In this document: one piece after another, positions 27,951 through 37,588 of the stretch
How positions within the stretch are numbered: the stretch's first letter is position 1
How the letters are laid out: every line of letters starts with the position of its first letter
Virus record (IMG/VR): IMGVR_UViG_3300031669_000001
Location: 62,001 to 126,000 of that record
Strand: one strand, 5' to 3'
Length of the DNA: 64,000 nt
Translations under genes and position numbers: made by a program
Notes under the pieces: model-generated
What the model saw: the letters and a program-made list of their open reading frames with translations, nothing else
Database searches by the model: none
Told to the model about the DNA's origin: nothing

Positions 27951-28615
27951 GATAATTTATTTATACGGTAACTTATACGATATACTTTTCCAATCAACTC
28001 TTCGTAAAGGTTGATGATGAAGGAGTCAGAACCGATTAACGTTCTTCCAGTTCCTTCAAGCCACTCGGTCAATGTAGCAATGAATGCTAATGGGCAATCT
28101 TGGCCAAACAAATCGTTCGCAGCTGGAATTTTGAGCGGCATTAAACCATGTTTGCCTTGGAACGTCTCTGACATCTTGTCAGCAAATTCAAGGAGCAAGT
28201 CATACAGCTCATTTAGAGCGATGTGTCTTGAGTACATGTTTGTAGCTAGGTGCAACTCATGAGCCTTATCTCTCGCAGCAAAGATACACGCGATGAATCG
28301 GGTGTAGCCTTCACAATCTCCAGCGCAGCCAGGGGTAGGATCAGGCGTAGGAGTTGGAGCTTCTTGTGGTGGTCCAGCGGGAACGATGTCTGTTTGAGGA
28401 GCATCGAACGTCAGCTCAGCAAACTCCTTGAATGTAATGGATTCTGTAAGACCTAAAGCCTTCTTCACAGATCCATTTACATAAGCCCAGAGATGAGGAT
28501 CATCAGCCTTGAACTTCTTCTTGGCACCGGCTTTGATTTTGCCCCAGAGAGTTTCTACCTCTGCGACAGACTTTCCTGACTTCTTCGCGTAACTTTTAAC
28601 GACTGAATTTGGCAT
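27947..28615 (-). CDS. Two-domain protein: basic N-domain plus ferritin/Dps-like helical domain
   Basis: AHELHLAT..YSRHIALNELYD..ADKMSETFQGK; internal LTESITFKEFAE propeptide-like motif. Confidence 0.6.
   Translation of the reverse strand: MPNSVVKSYAKKSGKSVAEVETLWGKIKAGAKKKFKADDPHLWAYVNGSVKKALGLTESITFKEFAELTFDAPQTDIVPAGPPQEAPTPTPDPTPGCAGDCEGYTRFIACIFAARDKAHELHLATNMYSRHIALNELYDLLLEFADKMSETFQGKHGLMPLKIPAANDLFGQDCPLAFIATLTEWLEGTGRTLIGSDSFIINLYEELIGKVYRISYRINKLS
27958..27965 (-). promoter_or_regulatory. Late promoter TATAAATA
   Basis: Perfect T4 late consensus 7 nt before the TTG start of the endonuclease. Confidence 0.6.
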
Positions 28616-28616
28616 G

Positions 28617-29054
28617 TTATTTTCCTCTTAATGCTATAACGTGATCTTTTGGTTTTGGCACGAAGTTAGGCTTCTTCATGATAGTCTTGCAGGTCAAGAT
28701 GTACTTGCCCTTCTTCTTGTCAAACTCTAACGTGAATGGAACGTTGATCTTTCTGAATGTGTCCATGATGACGCCTTCAAATTCACCACGCTTAACCTCA
28801 TCGTTGAAGTTTCCTGCCTCTGCAAAGATTGCCTTGTGATGGGCTTTCAGCTCTCTAAAGGTCTTAAACAGTTCATCAGGTGTAACATTATCTCTACGAT
28901 AACCTTTCTCATCTACAGCTTCATCGGCGATTCGATCACCGAAATGCTTTGAAAAGTTAACAATGATTCCAATCGTGGCAAAGCTCTTCCTGATCTCAAA
29001 CTCAATGTTATTGATCTGTTCTTGTGACATCTCCATCAATTCATGCAGCTTCAT
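28617..29054 (-). CDS. Putative internal head protein
   Basis: MKLHELME N-terminus; FSKHFGDR motif. Confidence 0.6.
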   Translation of the reverse strand: MKLHELMEMSQEQINNIEFEIRKSFATIGIIVNFSKHFGDRIADEAVDEKGYRRDNVTPDELFKTFRELKAHHKAIFAEAGNFNDEVKRGEFEGVIMDTFRKINVPFTLEFDKKKGKYILTCKTIMKKPNFVPKPKDHVIALRGK

Positions 29055-29497
29055 TTCTTTCCCTTTTTAGTCAGTACAAACAGAGCTCCGCTATCTCCTT
29101 CGATTTTATCTAACTTATAGCCTGTCAAATAATTCTTTATCATACGCTCATAAAGTTTCGCTCTTGCATCACCTGCATCTCTCTTTACAGCAGAAAACTT
29201 TAACATGTAAGGATCGTGCTTCTTTATCAAATTCTCTAAACACTTTTTGATGAAGGCAAAAACTTCAAATTCTCGACCCGATCCTGTCTTTTCATGAGAT
29301 TGATGCTTGTCAGCATTTTCTTCTGTAAAGTCTATTTCCCAAAAATATTCTTCTTCAAATGGCACTCTTTCCTTAGCAGCACCAAAATTGATAGTGCGAT
29401 CTCCGATTTTTGCCGATGCACCATATTCTTGTGGACTATCAGCGGTCACCTTAAAGTCAGTGAATTTTGATGTGTTCAAGAGCTCCTGAAGATTCAT
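29051..29497 (-). CDS. Putative internal head protein (paralog A)
   Basis: MNLQELLN; GSGREFEVFAFIKKC. Confidence 0.6.
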   Translation of the reverse strand: MNLQELLNTSKFTDFKVTADSPQEYGASAKIGDRTINFGAAKERVPFEEEYFWEIDFTEENADKHQSHEKTGSGREFEVFAFIKKCLENLIKKHDPYMLKFSAVKRDAGDARAKLYERMIKNYLTGYKLDKIEGDSGALFVLTKKGKK

Positions 29498-29972
29498 TTC
29501 TTCTCCAATGTAAACTCTATGGTTGAATCACCAGAAACTCTTGCATGTCTAATTCCAACTTCCTGCTTTGAAATGGTGTAGCCTTTTAAAAATCGCTTCA
29601 AGAGCCGTTCATAAACTTCCGCACGCTTGATGGTTCCCTTCACCTTATCTGCTGTAAATCTTATTGCACCAGGGTGATGCTTGGATATCAGGTGTTCCAT
29701 ACACTGTTTGATGAACGCGAAAACCTGAAATTCGTAACCTGATCCAGTGATTTCAAAGGATGTATGTCTTAGCTCATCACCAGTTTCTTCTGAAAAAGCT
29801 ACTTCCCATAGATCAACAGACTTGTCATCTTGATCAGTTTCTTTCTCATCAGCGCACCAAAAACAATCTTACGAGCCCCTATGGTGGCTTCAACGTCGTA
29901 CTCATCCGAGTTGTCAGCTTTAACCTTGACATCAGTAAATTTCTTGGTATCTAAAAGCTCTTGCAATATCAC
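29494..29972 (-). pseudogene. Frameshifted paralog B of 29051..29497
   Basis: GTG-start frame MILQELLDTKKFTD...VFGA shifts near 29853 into ADEKE..WEVAF..GSGYEFQVFAFIKQCMEHL. Confidence 0.75.
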
Positions 29973-30718
29973 TTTGATCCTCCAGTTTTCTTTTTAGGTG
30001 TCTTACCTTTTACAGTTTCAATTTTATTCTCTTCATCATCATCTTCTCTCTTATTTCTGATTCGATAAAGAGCAGTTTTAATCTTTTCAGCTTTGTAATA
30101 ATCGCTGTGATTATAGACCGGATCCGTGATGACAAGTTGATTATTTGCTCTCAACATCATATTTCCCGAGTGGAGATCTAATTGATTACCACCTTTTAGG
30201 ACAACTCTGAGCATCTTGAAACATTCTCTGCAAAAATCTGGAACATCATGAACCATAGATTGAAATCTTTTAAATTCGGCTGCGCTATAAGGTTCATGAA
30301 TCCTTTTGATATATTCCTCCAACTTAGATTCTGAGTGTATGTCCCTCAATTCTCCAAAAATATCTGCAACTATATCTGCATCCTCGAATTTCTTCATAGG
30401 ATTAAGCTTTTCCATTCTTACGTATCTAATCTTGTCCGGGAAGTCTTTTGGTCGAAGAAAGAACGAAGATAGCGTCTTTGGCTTAGAAAGAAGTTTTGGA
30501 AAATAGATGCTTGGATTAGCCGCGATGTAGTTTATGTAGTCATCATAGCTAGAATCTTGAATCCAAAATTTAACAATCCCAGATTTTGACTTGCTTAATG
30601 TCACACCAAAAGTTCCACGACCTTCTTCCTTATAGCCGCTGCTACCCATAGATTGAAGAGCGGCTTCTACGTCGGTGTCGTAGAACTTTTTAACTCCAAC
30701 TAATTCAAATAGCTTCAT
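29969..30718 (-). CDS. Protein-kinase-like fold protein with head-targeting motif
   Basis: GRGTFG loop, IVKF, FPK, MEKL, DLHSGN, VITDP; MKLFEL N-terminus. Confidence 0.75.
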   Translation of the reverse strand: MKLFELVGVKKFYDTDVEAALQSMGSSGYKEEGRGTFGVTLSKSKSGIVKFWIQDSSYDDYINYIAANPSIYFPKLLSKPKTLSSFFLRPKDFPDKIRYVRMEKLNPMKKFEDADIVADIFGELRDIHSESKLEEYIKRIHEPYSAAEFKRFQSMVHDVPDFCRECFKMLRVVLKGGNQLDLHSGNMMLRANNQLVITDPVYNHSDYYKAEKIKTALYRIRNKREDDDEENKIETVKGKTPKKKTGGSK

Positions 30719-31866
30719 TTAATAAATTCCTTGATCATCTTTTCTTCGGATGGAGTCTTCATCTTGGTACCATCTGCAAATGTCACATTGTGGAACGTTG
30801 TAGGGTATTGTTGAAAGTATGTTCCAAGATGGTTAGACTTGTTGACGACTTTGTTGTTCACGTCAAAGTGAGAACCATCTGTAAAGAGGAACTTGAATCC
30901 AACCTCCACAGTTCCCATGCTAGAGTTTATTCTTGGTGGCTTGCTCTTGAGTACTTCTATCTTGTCAAGGTTAGCTTTCTTTTCTACAATATGACTAAGC
31001 TTTGCTACAGTCTTTGACAAGAATTGCTTCTCAATTGCTTCACGAATCTCACTCGATTCTTTCTTAGGCCAAGCTTTACCAGCAGGCGTAACCTTAAAGT
31101 TATACATTCTATATGGCTTGTCAGAATCTTTTTCTGGTTTGTCAGTGTCAAATTCGAAGAACTTCATCGCGATCTGATACGTTTGTTGGTTAACGTTTAG
31201 ATCAGTAACTTTAGATGACCAACGAACTTTCTCTCTCTTGTAGGTGATCTCTTTTGCGTTCTCAACAGACTTGATCAATTCTTCAAAATAGTCTTTCATC
31301 ACCTTCTCAAACTCTGTAAGCTGCTTATCGACTGTAGGCTTGACAGCATCGACTACCAGCTTTTGAGCTTCAGCGCTGCCCATCTTCCTATTGAATGCAT
31401 TTAGATCCGCAGGCTTTGGTACACGACCTTTGAGGATCTTTGGTTTCAAGTCTTTAAGAATCTTTTGGATTTCGGTTGCAGCCACAACAATCTCACGACG
31501 ACCTGTTAGATACTTCTTAATGTCCACGTTACTCATTCCCTGCAAGGCATGATCAATATCACGAAGTTGCTTTGGACTACCATTAAAATTTAAGTAATGA
31601 CCAGCTACATCTTTATCATAAGCGTAGCGCATCGTATCACTACCATTGAATGGCTTTCCTTGTTCATCGAGAGCTCGTTCAAGGGCGTGTGTTAGTACAT
31701 CTTTTATGGTAACGTAGGTTACGTTGTAGATCACACCAGTTTTGACAGCGTTAGAAAGGGCTTCAAGTTGTTCTTCAGCTTTCTTTTTCCTAGGTTCTGC
31801 TAAGTATTTGATGATAGGATCAAACTTTTTAAGGTCAAGACTCTCTAACAGGATAGCTAACTTCAT
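30715..31866 (-). CDS. Putative internal head protein
   Basis: MKLAILLE N-terminus; Lys-rich; no domain recognised. Confidence 0.6.
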   Translation of the reverse strand: MKLAILLESLDLKKFDPIIKYLAEPRKKKAEEQLEALSNAVKTGVIYNVTYVTIKDVLTHALERALDEQGKPFNGSDTMRYAYDKDVAGHYLNFNGSPKQLRDIDHALQGMSNVDIKKYLTGRREIVVAATEIQKILKDLKPKILKGRVPKPADLNAFNRKMGSAEAQKLVVDAVKPTVDKQLTEFEKVMKDYFEELIKSVENAKEITYKREKVRWSSKVTDLNVNQQTYQIAMKFFEFDTDKPEKDSDKPYRMYNFKVTPAGKAWPKKESSEIREAIEKQFLSKTVAKLSHIVEKKANLDKIEVLKSKPPRINSSMGTVEVGFKFLFTDGSHFDVNNKVVNKSNHLGTYFQQYPTTFHNVTFADGTKMKTPSEEKMIKEFIK

Positions 31867-31877
31867 TTAATTCTCCG

Positions 31878-32276
31878 TTATTGCAATAAATTGTCAAGCT
31901 TGTCAAAGAAGTTTTGAGTCTTTGAATGTAAGTTGTCAGGTAGATCCACAAGTTTGAATGATTTCACCTTGCTGATCTCCTTTGAAGCGGATGCTGTGCC
32001 TGCATTGTCAACCTTACATGAAAAGTAGGTTGCGTTGCCAATCTCAGCGATCTTCTTTAACTGTCCAGAAGTTACACTGACATGTGCTTCTTCCTTAAGT
32101 TCTCTGACAGCAGCTTCAACGGGTGATTCACCTTCATCTACTCCACCGCCAAAGAAGTTCCATTGATTTGGATTGCTTGATGTTGGCGCTCTCTTTCCAA
32201 GAATCAACTTATCTGACGTGAATAGGATGACCCATGCAGTCTGTTTAGGTGCTTCAAAAATATCAACTAACTTCAC
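31878..32276 (-). CDS. Nudix hydrolase with head-targeting motif
   Basis: GGGVDEGESPVEAAVRELKEE Nudix box; MKLVDIFE. Confidence 0.88.
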   Translation of the reverse strand: MKLVDIFEAPKQTAWVILFTSDKLILGKRAPTSSNPNQWNFFGGGVDEGESPVEAAVRELKEEAHVSVTSGQLKKIAEIGNATYFSCKVDNAGTASASKEISKVKSFKLVDLPDNLHSKTQNFFDKLDNLLQ

Positions 32277-32815
32277 TTAGTAGCCTCAACTTCTATGTCA
32301 ATTGGTTCTGCATCGGTTCCAAATATTTGTTTTAGTAGAGCATTTCTATCCGCAACGATGACAGTATTATTTACAGTGCTAGGCGTACCAGCTGCAATTT
32401 TTGCAGCTCTTACCTTTTGACGCTTAAACTTTGCATCGACTCTAGAATTGACTGCATTTAAAGCGATGTTCAAGAATTGCGCTGCAACTTCATTCTGTCT
32501 AGCAGCAAACTTTGGATCAACTTCTTGCGCCATTCTAGCGCTCTTCTCAAACGCGATGAGCGCGCTGGTGTGTACAGTCTCTAGCTGTCCATCGATGTGA
32601 AGATCTTCTATGCGCTCCTCTTTATCTATCTCTTCCAGAGTAGGCTCAGATTTACGAGGCACCAGTTCACCAGAAGTTGGATCGATGATGATAGACGCCC
32701 TTTCATTCACCTCAACCGCTGCCTTCTTGTGAACGTCATCAAACACTGGAGTACTTCCAGGCTCTATGTCGAACACACTTTCTAGGGGGTTTGCCTTTTT
32801 GTCATTGTCTGTCAT
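32273..32815 (-). CDS. terS: Terminase small subunit (gp16-like)
   Basis: Helical core EVAAQFLNIALNA and C-terminal VNNTVIVADRNALLKQI. Confidence 0.6.
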   Translation of the reverse strand: MTDNDKKANPLESVFDIEPGSTPVFDDVHKKAAVEVNERASIIIDPTSGELVPRKSEPTLEEIDKEERIEDLHIDGQLETVHTSALIAFEKSARMAQEVDPKFAARQNEVAAQFLNIALNAVNSRVDAKFKRQKVRAAKIAAGTPSTVNNTVIVADRNALLKQIFGTDAEPIDIEVEATK

Positions 32816-32921
32816 TCTATTTCTCCTCGATTTTCAAATGAAAATCTTCTATAGTATATATAAGCTCTAGTGATCACCAGATGACACCAGGTTTAACGCA
32901 ATCAAATTGATGATAGCTTCA

Positions 32922-33365
32922 TCATCTCAAGAACATTTCTTTCTCAGTCATCACTCTGAACTTAATGCCATGACTCTTGCAAAATGCATCAGCTGCTGTC
33001 CACTTCGCCTGATTGATAACCATCTGAACTGCATCGTAGGTAGTTGGTTTCTTCCGAGTGATCCTGTTAGGATCTTGGCTTGACGGTTTAATTTCAATCA
33101 CTTCAGTGATAATGTCGCCTGTCCGATTCTTATACTTAACGATAAAGTCTGGAAAGTAGTTACACAGCTTCGGCTTACCATCAATGCTTCTCTTTATTGG
33201 GTGAAAATATGGAATTTTAAACTCTTCAGATCCCCACTTGATGACGTTTGGATTCTTGTCACAGAAGTCCATGAATCGAAGTTCCCATGAACTCAAAAAT
33301 CTAATCTTTCTAGGATCACCTAGATACTTTTCAACGTTGATTGGGGTATAAAGTCCTTTAGCCAT
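32922..33365 (-). CDS. gp4: Head completion nuclease (T4 gp4, TnsA-like)
   Basis: YTPINVEKYLGD, SSWE..FM.FCD.NP.VIKWGSE, YFPDF, IEIKP. Confidence 0.88.
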   Translation of the reverse strand: MAKGLYTPINVEKYLGDPRKIRFLSSWELRFMDFCDKNPNVIKWGSEEFKIPYFHPIKRSIDGKPKLCNYFPDFIVKYKNRTGDIITEVIEIKPSSQDPNRITRKKPTTYDAVQMVINQAKWTAADAFCKSHGIKFRVMTEKEMFLR

Positions 33366-34621
33366 TATGTAGAACTCTCAGGATTAAATGGTGATGGTGG
33401 AGTAGGTTGAGTTATAGTTTGATCTTGAACAGCAGCCTTGCCTCCATTGACAGCGTTGCTACCAGATGTGATAGATGCTAACGTTGTAGAAACGTTAAGT
33501 GACACAACATCAATCGCGCTGCTGGCTGCAGTTCCTATAGTCTTGTCAACTCCACTGATAATTTTTGCAGGACCTGCAAGCAATGGACTAAGGACGTTAC
33601 TTAACGCAGCCGGAACATGATTGAGGATATCGCTGCCTTTTCTAAGCGCGTCGTAGATGCCAGAAGTTTTGACTGTTGGAGGAGCATCTCCATACATTGG
33701 AGCTCCATCTATATGTCCCGCGTTAGGAATGCCAGAGGTTCCACCAGCTCTAAACAAATCTGTAACACCCCAAGAATAAAGAGTATTGTCGTTAACTGTT
33801 TTAAGATCTATCGCATCGTACGAGAACGTTATAGTTGCCATAGATCCAGTGTTGCTGTCTTCGTGACTCAGCTCATCAAATTCAAAAGTTTCAATGCGTG
33901 GATTTAAGAAAGTAAAACGATTGGCTCTTGGTCCGCCATTTTTTGTAAGATCAACGTAGATCTGTTCTAGAATTATCTTCTGACCTCGAGTGTTAGAATA
34001 TCCATTTGCGTAAGGAATTGTCGATGACGCCAATCCCCAGCCTCTATCGATACCGTAATTGCCTGCACCTACTCCAGAAGTCTGAGCCATGTAAGCTCTA
34101 AAGAAGTCATTGACGCTGTTGCCAATTTCATCCAAGAATGTAATTTGAAGAGGTTCGAGGATGGTATTTGTTAGAACTCTTGTTCTAAAGTTGTAATAAT
34201 TTACATCAACGTGATTGAATTTGATCTTTGGCTTATCACAACGATGAACGTAAAAATAAAAATCATCGCCACCTGGAAATCCAACAAATTGAACCTTAAA
34301 GAGGAACTTGAACTTTGGGTGATGCAAGTTCATGTCATCAGCATAGTGAATAGCTTCAAATTCACCAGCAACACCGAATTTTGCTGTGTTTATAGGAGCT
34401 AAAAGCCTATTAAGCTCTGTAGCACCAGGAAGAGGAATCTTACTAAGACCTGGAATTCTACTTTCTATCCCAGGAATTCCTCCAAGAGTTTGAGGTATCT
34501 GATTGCCTAATGAGAAGATTTCCGATGGTGATAAATTCTGAGCTTGAAACGCGTCTATCTCAGCCTGGATGCTTGGAGGGCTTCCTACTGTAAGGCCTAA
34601 AGCATTTACTGGATCTGTCAT
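33365..34621 (-). CDS. Tail-tube-fold protein (tube initiator, gp48/gp54-like)
   Basis: PKFKFLFKV, KPKIKF..VNYYN, PLQITFLDE, DELS.ED..ITFSYD. Confidence 0.65.
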   Translation of the reverse strand: MTDPVNALGLTVGSPPSIQAEIDAFQAQNLSPSEIFSLGNQIPQTLGGIPGIESRIPGLSKIPLPGATELNRLLAPINTAKFGVAGEFEAIHYADDMNLHHPKFKFLFKVQFVGFPGGDDFYFYVHRCDKPKIKFNHVDVNYYNFRTRVLTNTILEPLQITFLDEIGNSVNDFFRAYMAQTSGVGAGNYGIDRGWGLASSTIPYANGYSNTRGQKIILEQIYVDLTKNGGPRANRFTFLNPRIETFEFDELSHEDSNTGSMATITFSYDAIDLKTVNDNTLYSWGVTDLFRAGGTSGIPNAGHIDGAPMYGDAPPTVKTSGIYDALRKGSDILNHVPAALSNVLSPLLAGPAKIISGVDKTIGTAASSAIDVVSLNVSTTLASITSGSNAVNGGKAAVQDQTITQPTPPSPFNPESST

Positions 34622-35118
34622 TTATCTTTCTTCTTAGAAGGTTTTTCTTGCTCTACATCTTCATCTTCATCTTTGCCTTGCTTGAGAATCTTCAGGAGGT
34701 CTATCACCAACTTTTGAGCAGATCTTCCAAGCTTAGTCCCGAGAGAAATTTCACGAAGGTAGGATACGTCTGACTTTACGATGTAACCTAGCTTTTTCTT
34801 AGTATCTATTTCATGCTTCAAAAAAAGCTTTTTGATCTGTTTGTCTATAGCACCACCTTTTTCTATCTTCAAAGGTGTAAGAGAATCTATCTCAAATTCA
34901 CCAGAGTCAGTGCTGTTGTCAAATGTTAAGTTGATAGGTTTACCATTTGCACCTTTGATGGTGCTCTTCTCATGGGCTACGCCCAGATAATCTTTATCCT
35001 TGTCTCTCTTAGGATCCTTGACGATTCCAGCCTTTTGACGAAATAGCAGCATCGCGATAGCATCTATCGGCAGCAGCTTTTCCTTCTTTTTCTCTTCAAA
35101 TAGATCACAGATTTTCAT
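34618..35118 (-). CDS. Putative internal head protein
   Basis: MKICDLFE start with GGAG SD; late promoter upstream. Confidence 0.6.
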   Translation of the reverse strand: MKICDLFEEKKKEKLLPIDAIAMLLFRQKAGIVKDPKRDKDKDYLGVAHEKSTIKGANGKPINLTFDNSTDSGEFEIDSLTPLKIEKGGAIDKQIKKLFLKHEIDTKKKLGYIVKSDVSYLREISLGTKLGRSAQKLVIDLLKILKQGKDEDEDVEQEKPSKKKDK

Positions 35119-35139
35119 ACCCATCTCCAAATTTTTAAG

Positions 35140-35147
35140 TATTTATA
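35140..35147 (-). promoter_or_regulatory. Late promoter TATAAATA
   Basis: Perfect consensus in the intergenic gap. Confidence 0.75.
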
Positions 35148-35182
35148 AACAAAGAAGGCGAATGCATTTTCTGCATTCGCCT
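35147..35182 (-). terminator. Rho-independent terminator
   Basis: AGGCGAATGCA/TGCATTCGCCT 11-bp stem plus T-rich tail. Confidence 0.75.
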
Positions 35183-35201
35183 CTAAAGGATAGAATTGAT
35201 G

Positions 35202-35429
35202 TTAAATTTTGTTACGTTTACCGTTTAGATCAGCGGGACCTACTATCTTGTCCTTTTCCATTTCATCCAACAATCTATAAGCTAATTCAATTGAAATTTG
35301 CATCTTACGAGCTAGCGCAGGCCCAGAGATTCTATCTAGTTCAGTGATAGACTTCTTAGCGCGATCATACATGACTTCACGGTCATGTATGTTACGACGA
35401 TCTTGTTGTAGAATTTCAAAAAGCTTCAT
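35202..35429 (-). CDS. Small protein with FtsK-gamma-like winged-helix pattern and head-targeting motif
   Basis: MKLFEIL; SGPALARKMQISIELAYRLLDEMEKDKIVGP..GKR. Confidence 0.6.
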   Translation of the reverse strand: MKLFEILQQDRRNIHDREVMYDRAKKSITELDRISGPALARKMQISIELAYRLLDEMEKDKIVGPADLNGKRNKI

Positions 35430-35704
35430 CGTTTTCCGTAATGACCATTGAAGCTTTTTTGATCCAATTCAATTGTGATGGTACCTTTGTAAAAGATGCT
35501 TGAGTGCTGGGAATCTTGAAGATCAAACTTGACGATGCCTTTTCTCAGATCAGAATCCTTTGATACATTTGTAATCTTGCCAGAGATTTCTTTACCGAAA
35601 ACTTTCTGAATGTTCTTGCTTATAGCACCAGCCATAGCGTGCTGCTCGGTAGACCAGTCACCAGAAGATTCTTTTAACTTCAACAACTCTTTTATCAAGC
35701 TCAT
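35426..35704 (-). CDS. Putative internal head protein
   Basis: MSLIKELLKLKE. Confidence 0.55.
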   Translation of the reverse strand: MSLIKELLKLKESSGDWSTEQHAMAGAISKNIQKVFGKEISGKITNVSKDSDLRKGIVKFDLQDSQHSSIFYKGTITIELDQKSFNGHYGKR

Positions 35705-36204
35705 TTTAATCCCCTGTAACCTGCAACGTGACGCTGGAATAATTTTACTTGACGTTGAACCTCTGCAATAGAACAGGTTTTAAGCTTATCTGTTTCTTTT
35801 GAAGCTACACCCATCTTTCTCATCATGGCTATTGCTTCTTTCCTGAGCTTTGCATCTGTCGGAGATTCCTTTTTGACAGGCTTAACAGGAACACCTTTTT
35901 GTGTAAAATCCTCTTTAAGAGATTTTAGATGTTGTCTTTCAGCGCTCTTCAACTTTGGGATGAAATTTTTCACGTAATTTTCATCTTTATCTACATAAGC
36001 TTGAGCCATATCCGTTGCTTGATATTCTCTATCAGTAACATAATCTTTTCCAGCAGATTCTCCGTTCTTAAAAAATTTAACGGTATATTCAGCTTTGCTA
36101 GAGTCGTGATATTTTTTAGCAGTTCGAGTCTTATCAGCACTTATGTAAGAATCGATTTCTTGACCGCCTTTTGTAAGATTCAACAATTCTTTTAATAGTT
36201 CCAC
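35701..36204 (-). CDS. Putative internal head protein
   Basis: MELLKELLNL; internal KSLKE. Confidence 0.55.
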   Translation of the reverse strand: MELLKELLNLTKGGQEIDSYISADKTRTAKKYHDSSKAEYTVKFFKNGESAGKDYVTDREYQATDMAQAYVDKDENYVKNFIPKLKSAERQHLKSLKEDFTQKGVPVKPVKKESPTDAKLRKEAIAMMRKMGVASKETDKLKTCSIAEVQRQVKLFQRHVAGYRGLK

Positions 36205-36213
36205 GATATTTCC

Positions 36214-36495
36214 TTAATAAGTCTTTCCACTTGGTGTGCATGTAGGATTATCCAACCACATAACTTCACCATTGCCATTATCTGGTCCAATTTTGCCCAT
36301 GCGCTTTAGCTTTAGCTTCTTCCTGTTAATCTTAGGAACAGACTGCTTTGGGCCTGCAGGGTAAGCTTGATCAGCGGAGAAGGATCGTTGAATCGCATCT
36401 GTTCCAAGGTAAACTATCTTATCGTTGCCCTTGTTTATCACTTCAGGACGCTTGATCTTAAAATTGTGTCCTTCAAAAAGTTCATCGAGTTTCAC
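36214..36495 (-). CDS. Putative internal head protein, basic
   Basis: MKLDELFE. Confidence 0.55.
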   Translation of the reverse strand: MKLDELFEGHNFKIKRPEVINKGNDKIVYLGTDAIQRSFSADQAYPAGPKQSVPKINRKKLKLKRMGKIGPDNGNGEVMWLDNPTCTPSGKTY

Positions 36496-36854
36496 TTGAA
36501 TTTCTTCAGCTTGGTGATCAATTTGTTTACTATTGCATTTTGTTCAACATTGTCACTCTTGTGTTTCTTCGCCCATTGTGCTTCATCTTGCAGTAAGTGT
36601 AAGGTCATCTTTGCTACTTGGGAAAGTCGATCGCTCCGTCCAGAAAACGGCATCAGGAATTCATCAAAGATCATTCCAACGTTGATGTAGCCTGGAGTGT
36701 TGTACTCGTTGCCTTTATCCTTGAGTGCAGCTTGTAGGATTCCAGCCATCTTGTCGCACGCGTCAGCAAAAAGATCGGCAGCAGTATCTGATCCTCCAAC
36801 AGTGTACGCGGAAAATCCTTCACTCAATAAATCTAATTCTTTTAGGATGCTCAT
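36492..36854 (-). CDS. Putative internal head protein
   Basis: MSILKELDLLSE. Confidence 0.55.
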   Translation of the reverse strand: MSILKELDLLSEGFSAYTVGGSDTAADLFADACDKMAGILQAALKDKGNEYNTPGYINVGMIFDEFLMPFSGRSDRLSQVAKMTLHLLQDEAQWAKKHKSDNVEQNAIVNKLITKLKKFK

Positions 36855-36926
36855 TTTCTTTTCCTTTATAGCAAAAGATCAACGGATTTTACCCCGTTGA
36901 TCTCGAGTTTGAAACAGGGTCTAACC

Positions 36927-37523
36927 TTAACCGTTAAACATACCGCCGATAGCAGAACCCGTAACAGCAGAGTTAAGATTCTGACGAGCATGGTCGAAAC
37001 GAACGGTAAGATCGATAGTAACCTTTTCACCGGTTGCGTAATCCATTTCACCCCAGTTAACTGTCTGGAGAGAGCAACCTTCATAGATCCAGGATTCAGT
37101 GACAGCTTCATTACCATCTAGCATCTCAAGCTGCATAGCAAACTTGTAAGAGAATGCAGTTGGAGCTGCGTTAAGCCATGGGCCAGTTGCACCAATTAAG
37201 CGCTGTTGAAGCTCAAGCTGTTGTTGAATAGCGTGAGTTGCGCGGTTGGTGATGTCATCTTCGATAGTCAGAGTTGCAGGTTCAAACGTGTGTTTGCCCA
37301 GAACGTAGATGCGAGAGTTGTAACGATCAAGTTGAATTTCTTCCCATGAAAGACTAGGACGAGTAGCAGTAATTACTTGAAGTGAAAGATCATTCGGTAC
37401 GCTTGCGTTAGAAGCGGATACACCGCCTAGACCAGTAAACAGCGCTCTCCAACGGTTTTTAGCCTTTGGTTGAAGAATACCGTTACCAACACCTGCAATT
37501 CCGACTTGTGAGAGAGTAGCCAT
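36927..37523 (-). CDS. gp19: Tail tube protein
   Basis: QPKAKNRWR, RPSLSWEEI, GKHTFEP..TIEDD, W..EGC, LDY..GE.VTI.LT.RFD; late promoter and strong SD. Confidence 0.8.
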   Translation of the reverse strand: MATLSQVGIAGVGNGILQPKAKNRWRALFTGLGGVSASNASVPNDLSLQVITATRPSLSWEEIQLDRYNSRIYVLGKHTFEPATLTIEDDITNRATHAIQQQLELQQRLIGATGPWLNAAPTAFSYKFAMQLEMLDGNEAVTESWIYEGCSLQTVNWGEMDYATGEKVTIDLTVRFDHARQNLNSAVTGSAIGGMFNG

Positions 37524-37576
37524 TGTAAAATTTCTCCTATTTGATGCGAGTTTGCATCAGTTTCTTTGGACAATAT

Positions 37577-37584
37577 TATTTATA
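37577..37584 (-). promoter_or_regulatory. Late promoter TATAAATA
   Basis: Upstream of the tail tube gene. Confidence 0.75.
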
Positions 37585-37588
37585 CGGG

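Noticed and set aside
36866-37121. Alternative-frame ORFs over the tail tube gene (also 20969..21187, 40942..41220, 51880..52071, 57495..58352)
   Set aside because: Off-frame by-products inside well-supported genes.
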